DNA of 63,654 nt, filler included, from Olpidium bornovanus S191 (GCA_017911155.1; 28 parts of 28 records of this genome joined end to end with filler, not necessarily neighbours in it); one strand, 5' to 3'; counted from the whole stretch's first letter, positions 36,970 to 49,604 are shown. Notes: generated by a model from the sequence alone, not told the origin. Made by a program: numbers and translations.

Positions 36970-39149
36970 CATGGCCGAAGGTTACGCGCGGGCGACGTAA
37001 GGCGCGCAGCGCGCGCAGACTTTTCGCGCCGGCTTTGCTTTTTTTTCTGTTTTCGTTTTTTTCGCCGGCATTTTCAGTGCTCGGCAAGGTCCTCACGGCT
37101 TTTGTACGCACGTCACAGTGGGAGACCGGGCGTCGTCTTAGTCACCTCCGGGCCGGGCGCAACAAACGTTGTGACGCCAATGCAGGACGCGCTTTCGGAC
37201 GGTGTGCCGTTGGTCGTCTTTACAGGTCAAGTACCAACGACGGCAATCGGCACGGACGCGTTTCAAGAAGCTGACGTCATCGGAATTTCACGGGCGTGCA
37301 CCAAGGCAAGTGCCGTATCACGTTCGCCGCAAATCAAGGCGTGAAGGCTCAGACCAGTCGTGACCGCAATCGCTTTCAGTGGAACGTCATGGTGAAGGAC
37401 ATCTCGGAACTTCCGCGGCGCGTGAACGAGGCGTTCGAGATCGCCACGTCCGGCAGACCGGGGCCCGTCCTGGTGGACCTGCCTAAGAATGTGACGGCCG
37501 GCGTCCTGCAGAAGCCGATACCTCCGCAGCCGTACATCCCCTCGCGGCCGCGCAATCCCCATTCCGCCTCTTACGAGAAGAGCACGTCCGAAACCGGGGC
37601 TTGCGCGTTCGCTTCCTCCCTGCGTAAGGCGACGGAACTCATCAACCAGGCGCGCCGGCCCATCATCTACGCCGGCCAGGGCGTCCTTTCTCACCCCGAC
37701 GGCCCGGCGGAGCTTCGCAAGCTCGCCGCCCAGTCGAATATTCCGGTTACGACCACGCTCCAAGGCATGGGGGCGTTCGACGAGCTCGACGACAGGAGCC
37801 TGCACATGCTGGGCATGCACGGGAGTGCCTATGCGAACCTGGCTATGCAATCCGCAGACCTAATCATCGCGCTTGGCGCGCGTTTCGACGACCGCGTGAC
37901 CGGAAATCTGAACAGTAAGGAGAAGCTCCAATTGACGCGTTCCTATCCGGGCCGGTATATTTGCTTACCGTTCCCTGGCCGTTAACCCTTTTCAACCCGC
38001 ATGACATCAGAGTTTGCCCCAGAAGCAAAACGAGCGGCCGCCGAGGGGCGCGGCGGTTTCCTGCATTTTGAAATTATGCCGAAAAACATCAACAAGGTCG
38101 TTCAAGCTACTGAGGCGGTCGAAGGTGACGTGACCGCGAATCTCAAGCGGATTATGCCTCACGTCGTTTACAGGGAACGGAAAGAGTGGTTCGACAAGAT
38201 TGCCGAGTGGAAACGCAAGTACCCTTTCTCGTACGCAAAACCGACTTCGCCGGCGGCTCGGTTCAAGCCGCAGCAGGTGATCGAGGAGCTCGACCGTCAG
38301 ACTGCTCACATGAAGCAGGACGTGATCATCACCACGGGGGTAGGGCAGCACCAGATGTGGGCAGCGCAGTTTTTCCGCTGGCGCGCTCCGCGCTCGTTTA
38401 TCACTTCGGGCGGTCTCGGCACCATGGGATTTGGTCTCCCTGCCGCGATCGGCGCCAAGGCCGCCATGCCCAACAAGACTGTCATAGACATTGACGGCGA
38501 CGCGAGCTTTTCCATGACCGCGATGGAACTTGCCACAGCGGCGCAGTTTGGAATTGGTGTCAAAGTGCTGTTGCTCAACAACGATTTCCAGGGTATGGTA
38601 AAACAGGTAGGATTTTCAGCGGGAAACCGGTACTTGTAAGACGATTAAGTCGGACGGATTACTAGAAAAAGTGTCCCCACGCATGTTGGTGTTCCAGTGG
38701 CAGGACCTCTTCTACGAGCGGCGGTACTCGGCCACGCAGATGACGAATCCCGATTTCGTTAAGCTCGCCGAGTCCATGGGATGCATGGGACTTCGCCTGG
38801 TTGCCGGAGTACATAACCTTTCGGATGTCATAAGGCAATTCTTGGAGTACCCTGGTCCGGTGCTCCTAGAAGCCGTTGTTGAGAAGAACGAGCACGTATA
38901 CCCCATGGTACCAGCAGGGAAGGGCCTGAACGAGGTAACGACTGAAGGAGCTTTTCTTGCTGGGTGGATAATGAAAAGATTTTCCGTGGGAAAGCCGACG
39001 TCTGGATTGGCGAAATGTTGACTCAGGATTCCGTTCTCTCCTTCCCGCCACACCATGCCACATTTTTGCGAAAGATGGAACTGGGCCCCGACATCCAGCT
39101 AACCGAGGAACCGTACCCTCTGGAGGATAAACCTTATTTCACACGGTGA
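36970..39149 (+). CDS. ILV2: Acetolactate synthase catalytic subunit, 5' partial, multi-exon
   Basis: HMAEGYARA|[95 protein letters not shown]...NN; stop at 39147-39149. Confidence 0.97.
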
Positions 39150-40399
39150 TTTGTGGACGCGCCGGGCGGACCCATCCTTCCGGCCCGTCCCCCCCCCCGG
39201 GCCGTCCCCCCCCCCCCCCGCCCCCCCACACCTCCCCCCCAGCCCGTGTTGCCTGCAATTTTTTTTCGCTGCGAGTCTGACCAAAAGCCGGGAATATTTT
39301 CTTGGCCCCACATTATCTCAGCTTGTCTTTCCGGTATTTCTTTCAGGGTGGCAAAAAAGAAGGCGGAACCCCCTTGGTTGCGAGTATATATGCAACCCCT
39401 CCACCCTCGATCCCACCTTCCAGTCCACCCGCTCTCCCCATTTTATTTTGTAACGCCGGTCCACGGATAAACAGGGAGGTTTGGAACCTTACTACGTAAA
39501 ACAACAATTGAGACCTGCGAGGAGAATCGCAGCGGATTAAATAGAGCGAAGCTGTCGATGCGTGCGGGTCTGGTGCGGGGCGATCAATTATAAAGCGCCG
39601 GGTTTCGCTACCTGGCCATAGGAGTTTTTCCCGCCGCCTCTTTGAGGTCAAGAATATGCAGCATCTTTGCTTTCGGAATTGCCGGCCCAGCAGTATCCTT
39701 CCCCTGTTTCATCTGGCTTTCCGGATTCTTTACCATCTCAACTTATGTCCTCGTCGCGCGCTGCTCCATCCATTCTGCGGATTCTCATCGGCCACGGGGT
39801 ACCGCAGCGCAGGATGTCCTCAAACTCCTTCTCCGCCTGCTGCTCTTCCTCGACGGCAAAACCCCTTCCTGGCTCCGGAAGGGGGACCCTGCAAAAAACG
39901 GGGCCGGTGTGGTGGTTTTTGCAAGCCGCTGATTGGCCTGGGAGGAGATGTGTCGTTCCCAACGCCGAGCCGGCACCCAGGCGCACTGCCCGTCCGCTGG
40001 CACGCTCTCCTTTGATCCGCACGGCACTGGTCACGCAAAGGTGATTGGGGAAAAAACGGCGGCATTAACCCCTCGTGTACCAGGTTGCCTCATGCCGTCT
40101 TTCGGAGCATAAAGCGCATTCGCGGCGAGGCGGCCGGGAAGCATCAAGGAAGAACCCGGTCGCATTTGGGTCGATGCGCCGCACACCAAGACGGTCGACC
40201 GGAAAAGGTCCGCCTGGCTGCCGCGGAGGCTGCGTCACGCGGCCCCGGGGGGTAACCGCGCGGGAAGGGACCGGACGCACCGCGTCGACAAANNNNNNNN
40301 NNNNNNNNNNNNNNNNNNNNNNNNNNNNNNNNNNNNTTAATTAATTAANNNNNNNNNNNNNNNNNNNNNNNNNNNNNNNNNNNNNNNNNNNNACCCAAC

Positions 40400-40450
<51 letters not shown>

Positions 40451-41141
40451 ATTTAACCCCTGGCCCGCCACCGCCAACACACACAAATTTCACGCCTCGC
40501 GTAATCTGCCCTTGTTTCTTTTACTGGCTAAATCTCACGCCACGCGTAATATGTCCTTGTTTCTTTTACTGGCTGCCTGCTCTGCCGATGGCGGGCCGCC
40601 GCACGCTCGAAAGGCGGGACGCGTCTCTGCGCTTGCTTCTCCTTTTTGCCGCCGCGGCTAACGTCGAGCGATCCAGACACCAGCGCGGGAAGAAACGTGC
40701 CCACGGAAATATGTCAGTAACGTTCCAACCGGGACAATCCTGTCTCATATGCGAGCGCGGCGGCCAAAGGGCTTGGGAAAACGCCCCGGCGCAAACTCTC
40801 GACACATCTTCAAAGTGACAAGGCCCTTTTTTGACTTCCTCCTCCGCGTTCAACATTGCACGGCGCGGAACGCCTCGTGGCGGACCAAAAGCCCGGATAA
40901 GACCCTAAATTGCTGACGCTGCTGTCGGCGCGGCGGGGTGAAGGGAGGGGGAGAAGGGAGGGGGAGGAGGTGGGGGGAGGGAAGGCATGGTCCCAGTAGC
41001 AGAGGGTGATGTCTCCGTCGCCGGACGCCAAAAGAAAACTCGGCGCGCGCGAAAAAAACGAAAAAAACCTGCAAAAGCCGGGAAAGGAAACCTCGAGGTC
41101 GATAACCGAAAAAAAAAAACCAAAGCCACAACAAGAAAAGG

Positions 41142-41175
<34 letters not shown>

Positions 41176-41611
41176 AAAAAAAAAGAAAAACCGGGGAGCG
41201 TCTCCGCGCGGCGTTTCCCCTCTTCCCGGCCGCTTTCGTCCGCCGTCAATCAGCCGATGCGGCCGAGACGCTTTGCGGGGATATACACGCGCGCGCGCTT
41301 TGTTCAGACGAGAAATCGCCGTATCGGCCAATAAACAAAATGCAGAAAACCCGTGTGATCGTCAGCCGCCGCCGACGCGCATCATAATAAGAGGCCGGTT
41401 TTTCCCCGCCGGCTCTCGCTCAAAAGCGCACCAGGACGGGGTCCCACGGAAGGAAGAAAAAAAAAACAAGAAAAAAAAAAGACGCTCCCGCTTTGGCACT
41501 CTCTCCCCGCCNNNNNNNNNNNNNNNNNNNNNNNNNNNNNNNNNNNNNNNNNNNNTTAATTAATTAANNNNNNNNNNNNNNNNNNNNNNNNNNNNNNNNN
41601 NNNNNNNNNNN

Positions 41612-42631
41612 CATGAACAAGATCGCGCAGCTCAAGGCAGGTGACGGGTTTGGAGAGCTCGCGCTTGTTAACGACAAGGTGAAACTCCGCAGTCGTCTGA
41701 GCCCGCTTTGTTCCCGAGCGTTTCCCCGATGATCCACGCTCAGCACGACCGGTTTCACCAACCCTTACCCCCCCCCCCTCCTCCTCATTCCCTGCTCTTC
41801 CCCCGCCCCCTTTTGCTGAAGCCGCGATCCGCAACGATCGTCACAGCCGAGAGATGTTTCCTTCTGCGCGTCGACCGGGAAGACTACATGCGCACGGCGA
41901 GGTTCGCGCACGAGCGGGAGAGAGAGGAGAAGATTAACTTCCTCAAGCAGCTCCCGCTCTTCGAGGGATGGTCTATCAGCGCGCTCAAGGGGCCGGCTGA
42001 CTTTTTCAAGTTCCAGACGTACTCGCAGGGCGAGTTCATCGCCGTGGAGGGTCAGCCGTGCCCGGACGTGCAGTTCGTGAAGTCCGGAGTGTGCGCAGTG
42101 TACAGATCTCTGAAACGCGAGACGAGGGAAGGTCCGAAAGCGGACCCGGCACTGGACGCCGGCCGGTGCGCGAGGGTCGCGCGGACGGGCGCCGCCGGGC
42201 CGCCCGCGCCGTCGCGGCGGGCCGAGCGGCGCCCTCCTGCAACCCCGGCACCGGCGCCCTCGACCCCGCGCGGGCCCGGCGCGGGCGCGGCCGCCTCCTC
42301 CGACCGCCGGTTCCCCGAGGGCGTCATACTGGTCAAACTGGCCGAGATCCACCCGGGCGAGTGCATAGCCCAGGAGGGCGTGGTCAGGAACGGCAGGGTC
42401 GTCCCCGCGGACCTGACGGTCCGCACGCTGACCGAGGTGGTCGTCGCCAAGCTCGACCGCTACGAGGCCGTGACCAAGTTCCAGTCCAAGTTCGCGCTCC
42501 TGCCGTTCCACAACTGGGACCAGGAGCGCGTGCACGTCGAGTGGAAGAAGCAGAAGGTCGCGCGGATGTGGACCCGCGTGAGAGAGCGGGAGATCAGACA
42601 GTTCGTCGTCGAACGCGGCAGGCGGCAGTAA
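41612..42631 (+). CDS. Tandem cyclic-nucleotide-binding-domain protein (CNBD-like), C-terminal part
   Basis: LKAGDGFGELALVNDK|PRSATI (canonical phosphate-binding cassette); second, insert-interrupted CNB: FLKQLPLFEGW...EGQPCPDVQFVKSGVC...LAEIHPGECI. Confidence 0.85.
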
Positions 42632-42654
42632 AGCGTCGTTTTTTTTGTTTTTTT

Positions 42655-42709
<55 letters not shown>

Positions 42710-43342
42710 GTTTGACTCGCTACTTCGAAGCCGGTGAAATGGGGACGTGCGGGATGGCGGGCGATGATGTTTACACTTCGGGTGCGAGGGTGAGATGTGC
42801 GACTTGGGTGGTGTGGGTGCGAGGGGAGAGGGGAAGGGGCGGGGGAACGGTTTGTTGTTTGGATACGAGAAGAAGAAAAGGGGGAAGGGGGAAGCGTAGG
42901 GGCGCGCAGCACCCGGCGCGAAAAGGAAAACCCCCCCCCCCCCCCCTTCCCCTCTTAACTTTTTTTACCCCCCCGGCGCCGTTACTCCGTAGAAGAAAGG
43001 AAGGCGCTGCCGGGCGAGTCCCGTCTGTGCAAAATAAACCTCATCAGTAGCTCATCAGTTCAAATAATTGCCGCGGCTTGGCTTGACGGATCGGCGTTCG
43101 AAAAAAAAAAAACCCCCCAAAAAAACAAAAAACCCAAACAAAATCGAACGCAAAAAGCAACAAGGAAAAAACCGGAAAAAACCAACAAAAAAAACAAGCA
43201 AAAAACAACCAGATAACCGAAAGGAATAAGATCATGCAAACGAAACGAAAACCCAAATAAAAACCACCAAAAAGGCAAATCCAACCTGATTATAACTGAA
43301 CCGGATAAAAGATTCGGCCTGGATAATGCCCGACTTCGTCTC

Positions 43343-43396
43343 AGTCCAACCTGGATACGGTTGGATATGGTCGTACAATCATATCCGGGTTGGACT
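43343..43396. repeat. Imperfect inverted repeat, 15-bp arms with one mismatch
   Basis: AGTCCAACCTGGATA ... TATCCGGGTTGGACT, with further (C/T)GGATA motifs at 43299-43325. Confidence 0.6.
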
Positions 43397-43900
43397 CTGC
43401 GAACCAGGTGTCTACGAGGTTGTCGCGAGAACGGGCGCCGTCCGACGCGTGGGGCGCTTCGGCTCGCAACAGGGTTTCACCTTATCGACCAATACAGGTG
43501 TGTTTCAGCAGGGATCCAACCACGGAAACCGTACGGCGCTCGCCACATCCAAAAGAACAGTATGCCCAACAGCTGTTACAGTCTTTGCAAGAACAAACAG
43601 CCAATCCCCCCCCCCACACACACACACACCACGACCCTATCGCGGACCCATAATGGCCCTCGTCTCGTGGAGGTCAGGAATAGGGAACTCGAAGCACGTC
43701 ATAATAGTGACCCTCTTCTCCGTGGACACCCTGTGACACTTAAGAACATACATGCGTTCCGCCTGTAATTCCAGTTGACGTGCGCGTGCGCATCGCAGAG
43801 CTCCTGGAACGGCGGGCAAACAGGCGGGACTCTCGTGCGACGCCGCCGTGGACGCCAACAGTGTGTGTCGAGCGGCACCTTCGCTCCCCCCCGCCCCGGT

Positions 43901-45468
43901 TCACCTTCCGTAAGTCTCGAAACCTTGCAGGACGTTGCACACATTCTCGCCGATGGCGCCCTCGTCGTAACCTGCGGAAAAAGAAGAAAAAAAAAAACAC
44001 GCCCGCTTGAGCGAAACGGACAGCGGGGGCTCGTTTTTGCCGCCCGAACCGACCGGCGGGAAAATGCCGACCCCCTTCCATAATGAACAGTGTCGGCTTC
44101 CCGATCCTGGCAACAGCGGCGCCGACTGAAATGTACGTCTCCGTTTCCAAGAAAATGAGGCCGCCCACCGGGTCGTTCGCGAACGTGTCGACTGTCGGGG
44201 GAACGTTTCGCGCCGGATGAATTGAAAAGCCGATACACGGAAACTGGCCCTGCGCGCGGTCCCCCACTTGCCTCCCAACGACACGACGACCACTTCCGGT
44301 TCGTAAGGGATAATATGCGTTTGGATGCTGACGTTGGGTCACGAGTTTAGCCGCGGCGAAAGCGAACCGTGGTCTCGAACGCGAAGAGCCCAAAGCCGAC
44401 GTCTACCTCTTCTCCAGCTCCTCGAGGTACTGTTTCGCCGTGATGCCGTGAGCCAGCGGCACGTTCACGTTGAACCCGCGCCCTTCCCCTTCTCCGACCT
44501 CGCCGGCCGATCCCCAGAAGTAACTAACCCGTCGTTGGCCAGGACCGCCGGGTCGCGGGTGAGATTTCGCGCCAACAGCGAGACCCCCGGTGCAAGCGAC
44601 GCGGCGGGTAGTCGATATGAAAAATGAAAAAAATGAAAAAAATGAAAAAACAAACAAAAATGAAAGAAATGAAAAAAATGAAAAAAATGACAAAAGAAAA
44701 TGAAAAAAAAGAAAAAAAAGAAAAAAAAAGAAAAGAAATGAAAAAAAATGAAAAAAAAATGAAAAAAAAATGAAAAAAATGACAAAATAAAATGAAAAAA
44801 TAAAATGAAAAAATAAAATGAAAAAAAATGAAAAGAAATGAAAAAAAAGAAAAGAAGAAAAAAAGAACTAAAAAATGAGGAGGTGAACGGTTCTCGCCAG
44901 CTGTCGTCCTGTCACGTCTGTCCGCCTGCACTCACGGGTATTCCGGAAACGCGTGCAGCGACACGTACAGCGGGTCGCGCTGGCTGTAGAATATGTGCTG
45001 GGTGCCGTTGCCGTGGTGGTAGTCAACTGGCACACGTCCGGGCCGTCCTGTCGTCAGCCAACGACGCGAAAAAACGCGTGGCGGCGAGGGGCTTTTGCCT
45101 TAAGGGGGGGTCAGAGCTACCGTCGAGGATGGCGACGCGCCGTATTCCTTTTTGAGACTGAATGTACCGCGTCGCTATGGCGGCGTTGTTGAAAAAGCAA
45201 TAACTGGCGGGTACACGGTCGAGGTGACGGGCCGTCGTGACGAGCTGCCGGTAAGTTCGGCGCCGCGTCGAAGAAACATCCCGGCCGACGTCAACTCGGC
45301 GGCCGCGGTTTTACCCTGCGGCAAGATCGGAGTGGGCGTGGTGACCGGGCGGCCGGCAAAGGGCGAACGCCGCAGGTATGGCGGCGCCGTCGCCCTCCTC
45401 CGCGTTCAAGGCGATATCCGCGGCGGTCAACGCCACCTGAGCGGCTTCGTACGCGGCCGCGTACGTCC
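43901..45468 (-). CDS. Acetylpolyamine amidohydrolase-type (HDAC-fold) deacetylase, 5' partial, seven exons seen
   Basis: Spliced: [12 protein letters not shown]...[34 protein letters not shown]...[37 protein letters not shown]...[11 protein letters not shown]. Confidence 0.92.
44617..44880. repeat. Intronic (A6-7TG)n low-complexity tandem repeat
   Basis: AAAAAATG units, regular at the left end and decaying rightwards, inside a deacetylase intron. Confidence 0.75.
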
Positions 45469-45608
45469 CTGGTTAAAAAGGAGGCCCGTCGAAACCGGGG
45501 AGGAAACCGGTCTGAAAACGACGGTCGGGACGCGCGGGCTCCGTTCCTTCTCCTCCTGGCGGGGCAGCGGAGGCCAAAAAGAAACGTGCGGGCGGCTTTC
45601 GACGCGAC

Positions 45609-45651
<43 letters not shown>

Positions 45652-47273
45652 NNNNNNNNNNNNNNNNNNNNNNNNNNNNNNNNNNNNNNNNNNNNTTAAT
45701 TAATTAANNNNNNNNNNNNNNNNNNNNNNNNNNNNNNNNNNNNNNNNNNNNCCCCCTCTTTTTTTTAATTCTGTCCTACATATCGTTTTTCGACTTCGCG
45801 GTCCTGATTTATTTGACGTCGCGGATTTCTTCTTTAGGTCGGTGAGGCGAAGAAGCTTGAAGGGAAGCTGGATTACGAGAAGATATAAACAGCCTGCTGT
45901 GTGTTTCCCTGCAGCCACCAGTCGGGGCATGGCAAAGCTTTTTTCACAATTCATTCTTATCCTTCCTTCTTCCGAAGACGCTCTCTTTCCCTCCCCTCTT
46001 CCCCCGCCTCCCTCACACACCCTCGCGGTCGGGGTTTTCCGTAGGTCCCAGTATATCCGGATCCGCCAGTGTTTTTCCGATCGGTGTGATGGAGTCACGG
46101 AAGAGATGTTGCCCTGAGGTCCCGGGATACTACGGTACGGCAGGCAGCCAGTAACGGGCTTCCCTCCAATGGTCAGAATTCTCGGAGAGAGGACAATTGG
46201 GGGCACAACGGCGCTTTGCCCCGCAGAACCAAAACCGAGGACGGGCGAGGCGAGCAGCGACAACAAGCGGGGGCGTTTTGCCGGCGGGCCGCGACGAAGC
46301 GCAAGAGGCAAAGCAGCGAAACACAGCTCACGTCATCCTGGAACCCGCCCTGATGGAAACGCGGACCAGCCGGTGTCAGTTATCATGCGATGCGCAGGTC
46401 ACGCCCTCATCAACACGGGGAGCGGCGGTCCGCACCCCCACCACCCCCCACCCCCTCCCCCAAACTCCACCCCACACCTCGTAAGGGACCCGTCCAACAA
46501 TCCTAACTGACGTGACTCGGTGTTGTTGAACGGGTGAGGCGGCGCGCGCACACACTCGCGCGCCTACAACGGGTACCCACTTGGCGTTTCCCGACGTTGC
46601 ATGTTATTGGAACGAGCGGCATGATGCCGTTGCCAGTGTAATGCTATAGGCAACACAATAAGCTCCCAAACGGGGCCACGCCGTCATGAAATCGCCCCCC
46701 GCTGCCCGCGTTTCCGCCCCCCATCCGTCCTTCATATTACGTGCCTCCCGTCGACTATAACACTGTCGACAACAACGATGCAAACCGTCACTCAACGANN
46801 NNNNNNNNNNNNNNNNNNNNNNNNNNNNNNNNNNNNNNNNNNTTAATTAATTAANNNNNNNNNNNNNNNNNNNNNNNNNNNNNNNNNNNNNNNNNNNNCC
46901 GCGCAACACCAGTAAAATGGTATACCAAGTACGGTCTGACATGGTGGGGAGACGTCAGCGGTGCGCTCGTCCCACATCCGGCGGAAATCGCAGCCGGAAG
47001 ATGCTCGACCGCCGAATAACAAGCTTACGTCTCCGCGGAATCATGTCCAAAAGCAAGAAAGAAAGAAAGAAAGGGGGGTGTGGTGGGGGGGGGAAGGAAA
47101 CCCCAACGCAATGTCGACTGTTGCGATTCCAGCCAGCGGCGAGAGGGCCGGGGACAGACTCCGCCCTGGTGCAAAAAGAGAAGCGAGTCCGATTTTCCGT
47201 GTTTTCGCCTTCGGCCGATTTTGGTCTGAGCGGAAAAAAAACACTCTTCCCTAAGCGGGGACAAAACCCTGGA

Positions 47274-47465
47274 TGTGAAAGGAAAGAAGTCGTGGGATAG
47301 GGTTGTTGGTCAAGTGACGGGCTGTTGTGTTGTAATTCACGTTTGGATGGCAGGTGGTTGGTTGCAACCCCTAAATGTTTTACTATAGCGCACCCACCCG
47401 CCAAAGCCCAGTCTCTCTCTCTCTCTCCTCCCACTACCCGAAATATAACGCGTTACCAAATCACA
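47274..47465 (+). repeat. 5' LTR of a copia element, about 192 bp
   Basis: Starts TGTGA and ends TCACA (terminal inverted repeat); immediately followed by the PBS. Confidence 0.7.
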
Positions 47466-47477
47466 GGTTATGAGCCC
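47466..47477 (+). promoter_or_regulatory. Primer-binding site GGTTATGAGCCC (Ty5/copia-type half-tRNA-iMet priming)
   Basis: Matches the Ty5/Drosophila copia PBS consensus GGTTATG(A/G)GCCC directly after the LTR CA. Confidence 0.85.
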
Positions 47478-47516
47478 AACGGGACTTCCCTGCCCGTACC
47501 TGTGACCGAGGCTGCT

Positions 47517-47760
47517 ATCCCGCAGCAGCAGAAGTGCGCGTTGGCATACAGCGGCAGCTGAACGCCATCCCGCAGCAGCAGAAGTGCGCGCCGGCGTACC
47601 GCGGCAGCTGAACGCCGCCGCAGCGGAGCGCGAGAGCAGGAGCTCGCTGCGCGGATTCGCTGCACAGCGGAGCGCGGGAGCGCCGCCGCGCATCAGCGGA
47701 CCGCCGCAGCGAAGCGCGGGAGCGCAACGGGAGCGCGACGGGAGCGCGAGAGCGGGAGCG
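47517..47760 (+). repeat. Tandem repeats in the copia 5' leader
   Basis: Two copies of about 50 bp (ATCCCGCAGCAGCAGAAGTGCGCG...CGGCAGCTGAACGCC), then GGAGCGC-type short repeats. Confidence 0.8.
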
Positions 47761-47827
47761 CTGCGCCACCGTGCGAAGGAAAAAAAAAAAAAAAAAAAGA
47801 CAAAAAAAAAGAAGGGACGCCGGCATC

Positions 47828-49024
47828 ATGAGCGAAGGAGGTCGCAGCCTGAGGCTCGTCATCCCGCCGCTGGAGGAGGGCAACTGGAGCACCTGGAAAG
47901 AAGACATGAGAGCCGTGCTGCTTCGTCGAGGACAGTGGGACTGGGTCACCGGCGACGAACCCCGACCAGATGAAAGCACAATCATGGCCCAAAGGCGCGA
48001 GTGGGCGAGGACGGATGGCGAAGCCTTTGGAGAAATCTATCTTCATGTCGGGCGTATGTACAAACATCTACTCAAAGGAGCCCTAAGCGTGAAGGATGCA
48101 TGGAACGCCCTCGCAGCGAATTTTGAGGATGTCGGCTCGAGTGTCAGGGTGGATCTCATCCAAGACCTGTACACCATGCGCATGGAAGCTACTGAAAGTG
48201 TCGACAAATACGTCGCGCGGGTCAAGGGTCAAGTTCAGCGCCTCGTCGACCTTGGAGAGGAGAACGACTGGCCGCGGGTAACCCGCGACATCATCCTGAC
48301 CGGCTCCCTACACCTGTTTCGAACGACCATAGACGCTCTCGAGAGCGGGACGTGTCGTGACAAGGAAAGCGGGATATGGATTCGTCCTTCCCTTGCCGAG
48401 ACGATCGCCGTCCTCCGTGAGGCCGATCTTCGCCGGAAAAAGGACGATGGGGAGGAAGCGCTTGTCGTTGCCATTGAAGAAGAAGGCCGCGACCACGACC
48501 ACGACTCGCCCGGATTTTTTGGATGAGAAGCGCAAGAGTGGCGCCTGTTTCAACTGCGGAAAGAAGGGACATTTCGCTGCCGACTGCCGCAGCAAACCCA
48601 GAGGAACGCGTGGCGGGCGCGGGAGGAAAGGCAAAGACAAGCAGAAGGAGAAGTCCAAGGAGAAGTCAAAGGGCACCACTGACGATTCCGATGACAGCGC
48701 CCATCTCATCCATACGGACGACGACAACGTTGCGCTGCTGGTAGCAAGTCCAGCAAACACGACCGAATGGATCTTGGACACTGGCTCATCATACCATATC
48801 GCGGCGAGCGCAAGTGCACTCGAGGACTTGAAGGACCTTCCGAGCGCGAGAAGCTTGCGAGTTGGCAACAATGCCCAACTTTTGGCCAGCAAGATAGGCC
48901 GCGCCCGCCTGACCTTCTCCACCGGCCGACTGGGCACCGTTGACAACGTGCACGTCGTCCTGGGCATCACGAAGAATCTGCTTTCGGTTGGCATGCTCGC
49001 CCAAAAGGGAGTCCATTTCACGAC
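47828..49024 (+). mobile_element. Ty1/copia gag-protease, one frameshift near 48475, 3' truncated
   Basis: IPPLEEGNWSTWKEDMRAVL, DAWNAL (UBN2-type gag), zinc knuckle CFNCGKKGHFAADC, protease WILDTGSSYHI, DNVHVVLGITKNLLSV. Confidence 0.93.
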
Positions 49025-49604
49025 NNNNNNNNNNNNNNNNNNNNNNNNNNNNNNNNNNNNNNNNNNNNTTAATTAATTAANNNNNNNNNNNNNNNNNNNN
49101 NNNNNNNNNNNNNNNNNNNNNNNNGAGGGGAAAAAAACGCGGAATTGGGCGATTAATGTCAACAATCAGCAGGTGAAAAAACCAAAAAAAAGAGAGAAGA
49201 AGAAAAAGAAAAATAGATATCAGATTATAACTATGTGGGAACATGTGTGCAGATCGGATGGCAGAGAAACACCACGGGCGCGGACGGGTACGAACCGCGG
49301 TGAAAATGGCGGGCGGGCGTGCGGGGTGGGTGGTGTGGGGGTGGAAGGGAAGGGGGGGAGGAGGGGGGGAGGGGGGGGGGGGGGGGGAGGGAAATAAGGG
49401 GAATGAGAAGGCTCAAAAACGGGCTTGCAAAAGCGGGCGGCAAGACGCTTCGAGCACGTCCAGCCGATTAATCAAATCGAAACGCTCTTGGGGGGTGGAA
49501 GGGGTGAGCCCCGCGTGAAGCGAGAGAAGCGAGGGTGTTTCGAGCGTCTCTGGGCGGGGCACGCGGGGGGAAGGGCGGTGGGGAAGGGGGGGGAGGGGGC
49601 CTAC

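Noticed and set aside
37200-38700. Herbicide-resistance substitutions in ILV2
   Set aside because: The key positions look wild type (GQVPT Pro and QWQ Trp intact).
39693-39700. GTATCCTT as a U12-type 5' splice site
   Set aside because: No plus-strand exon context or U12 branch site; nearby coding-like signal is on the minus strand; expected by chance.
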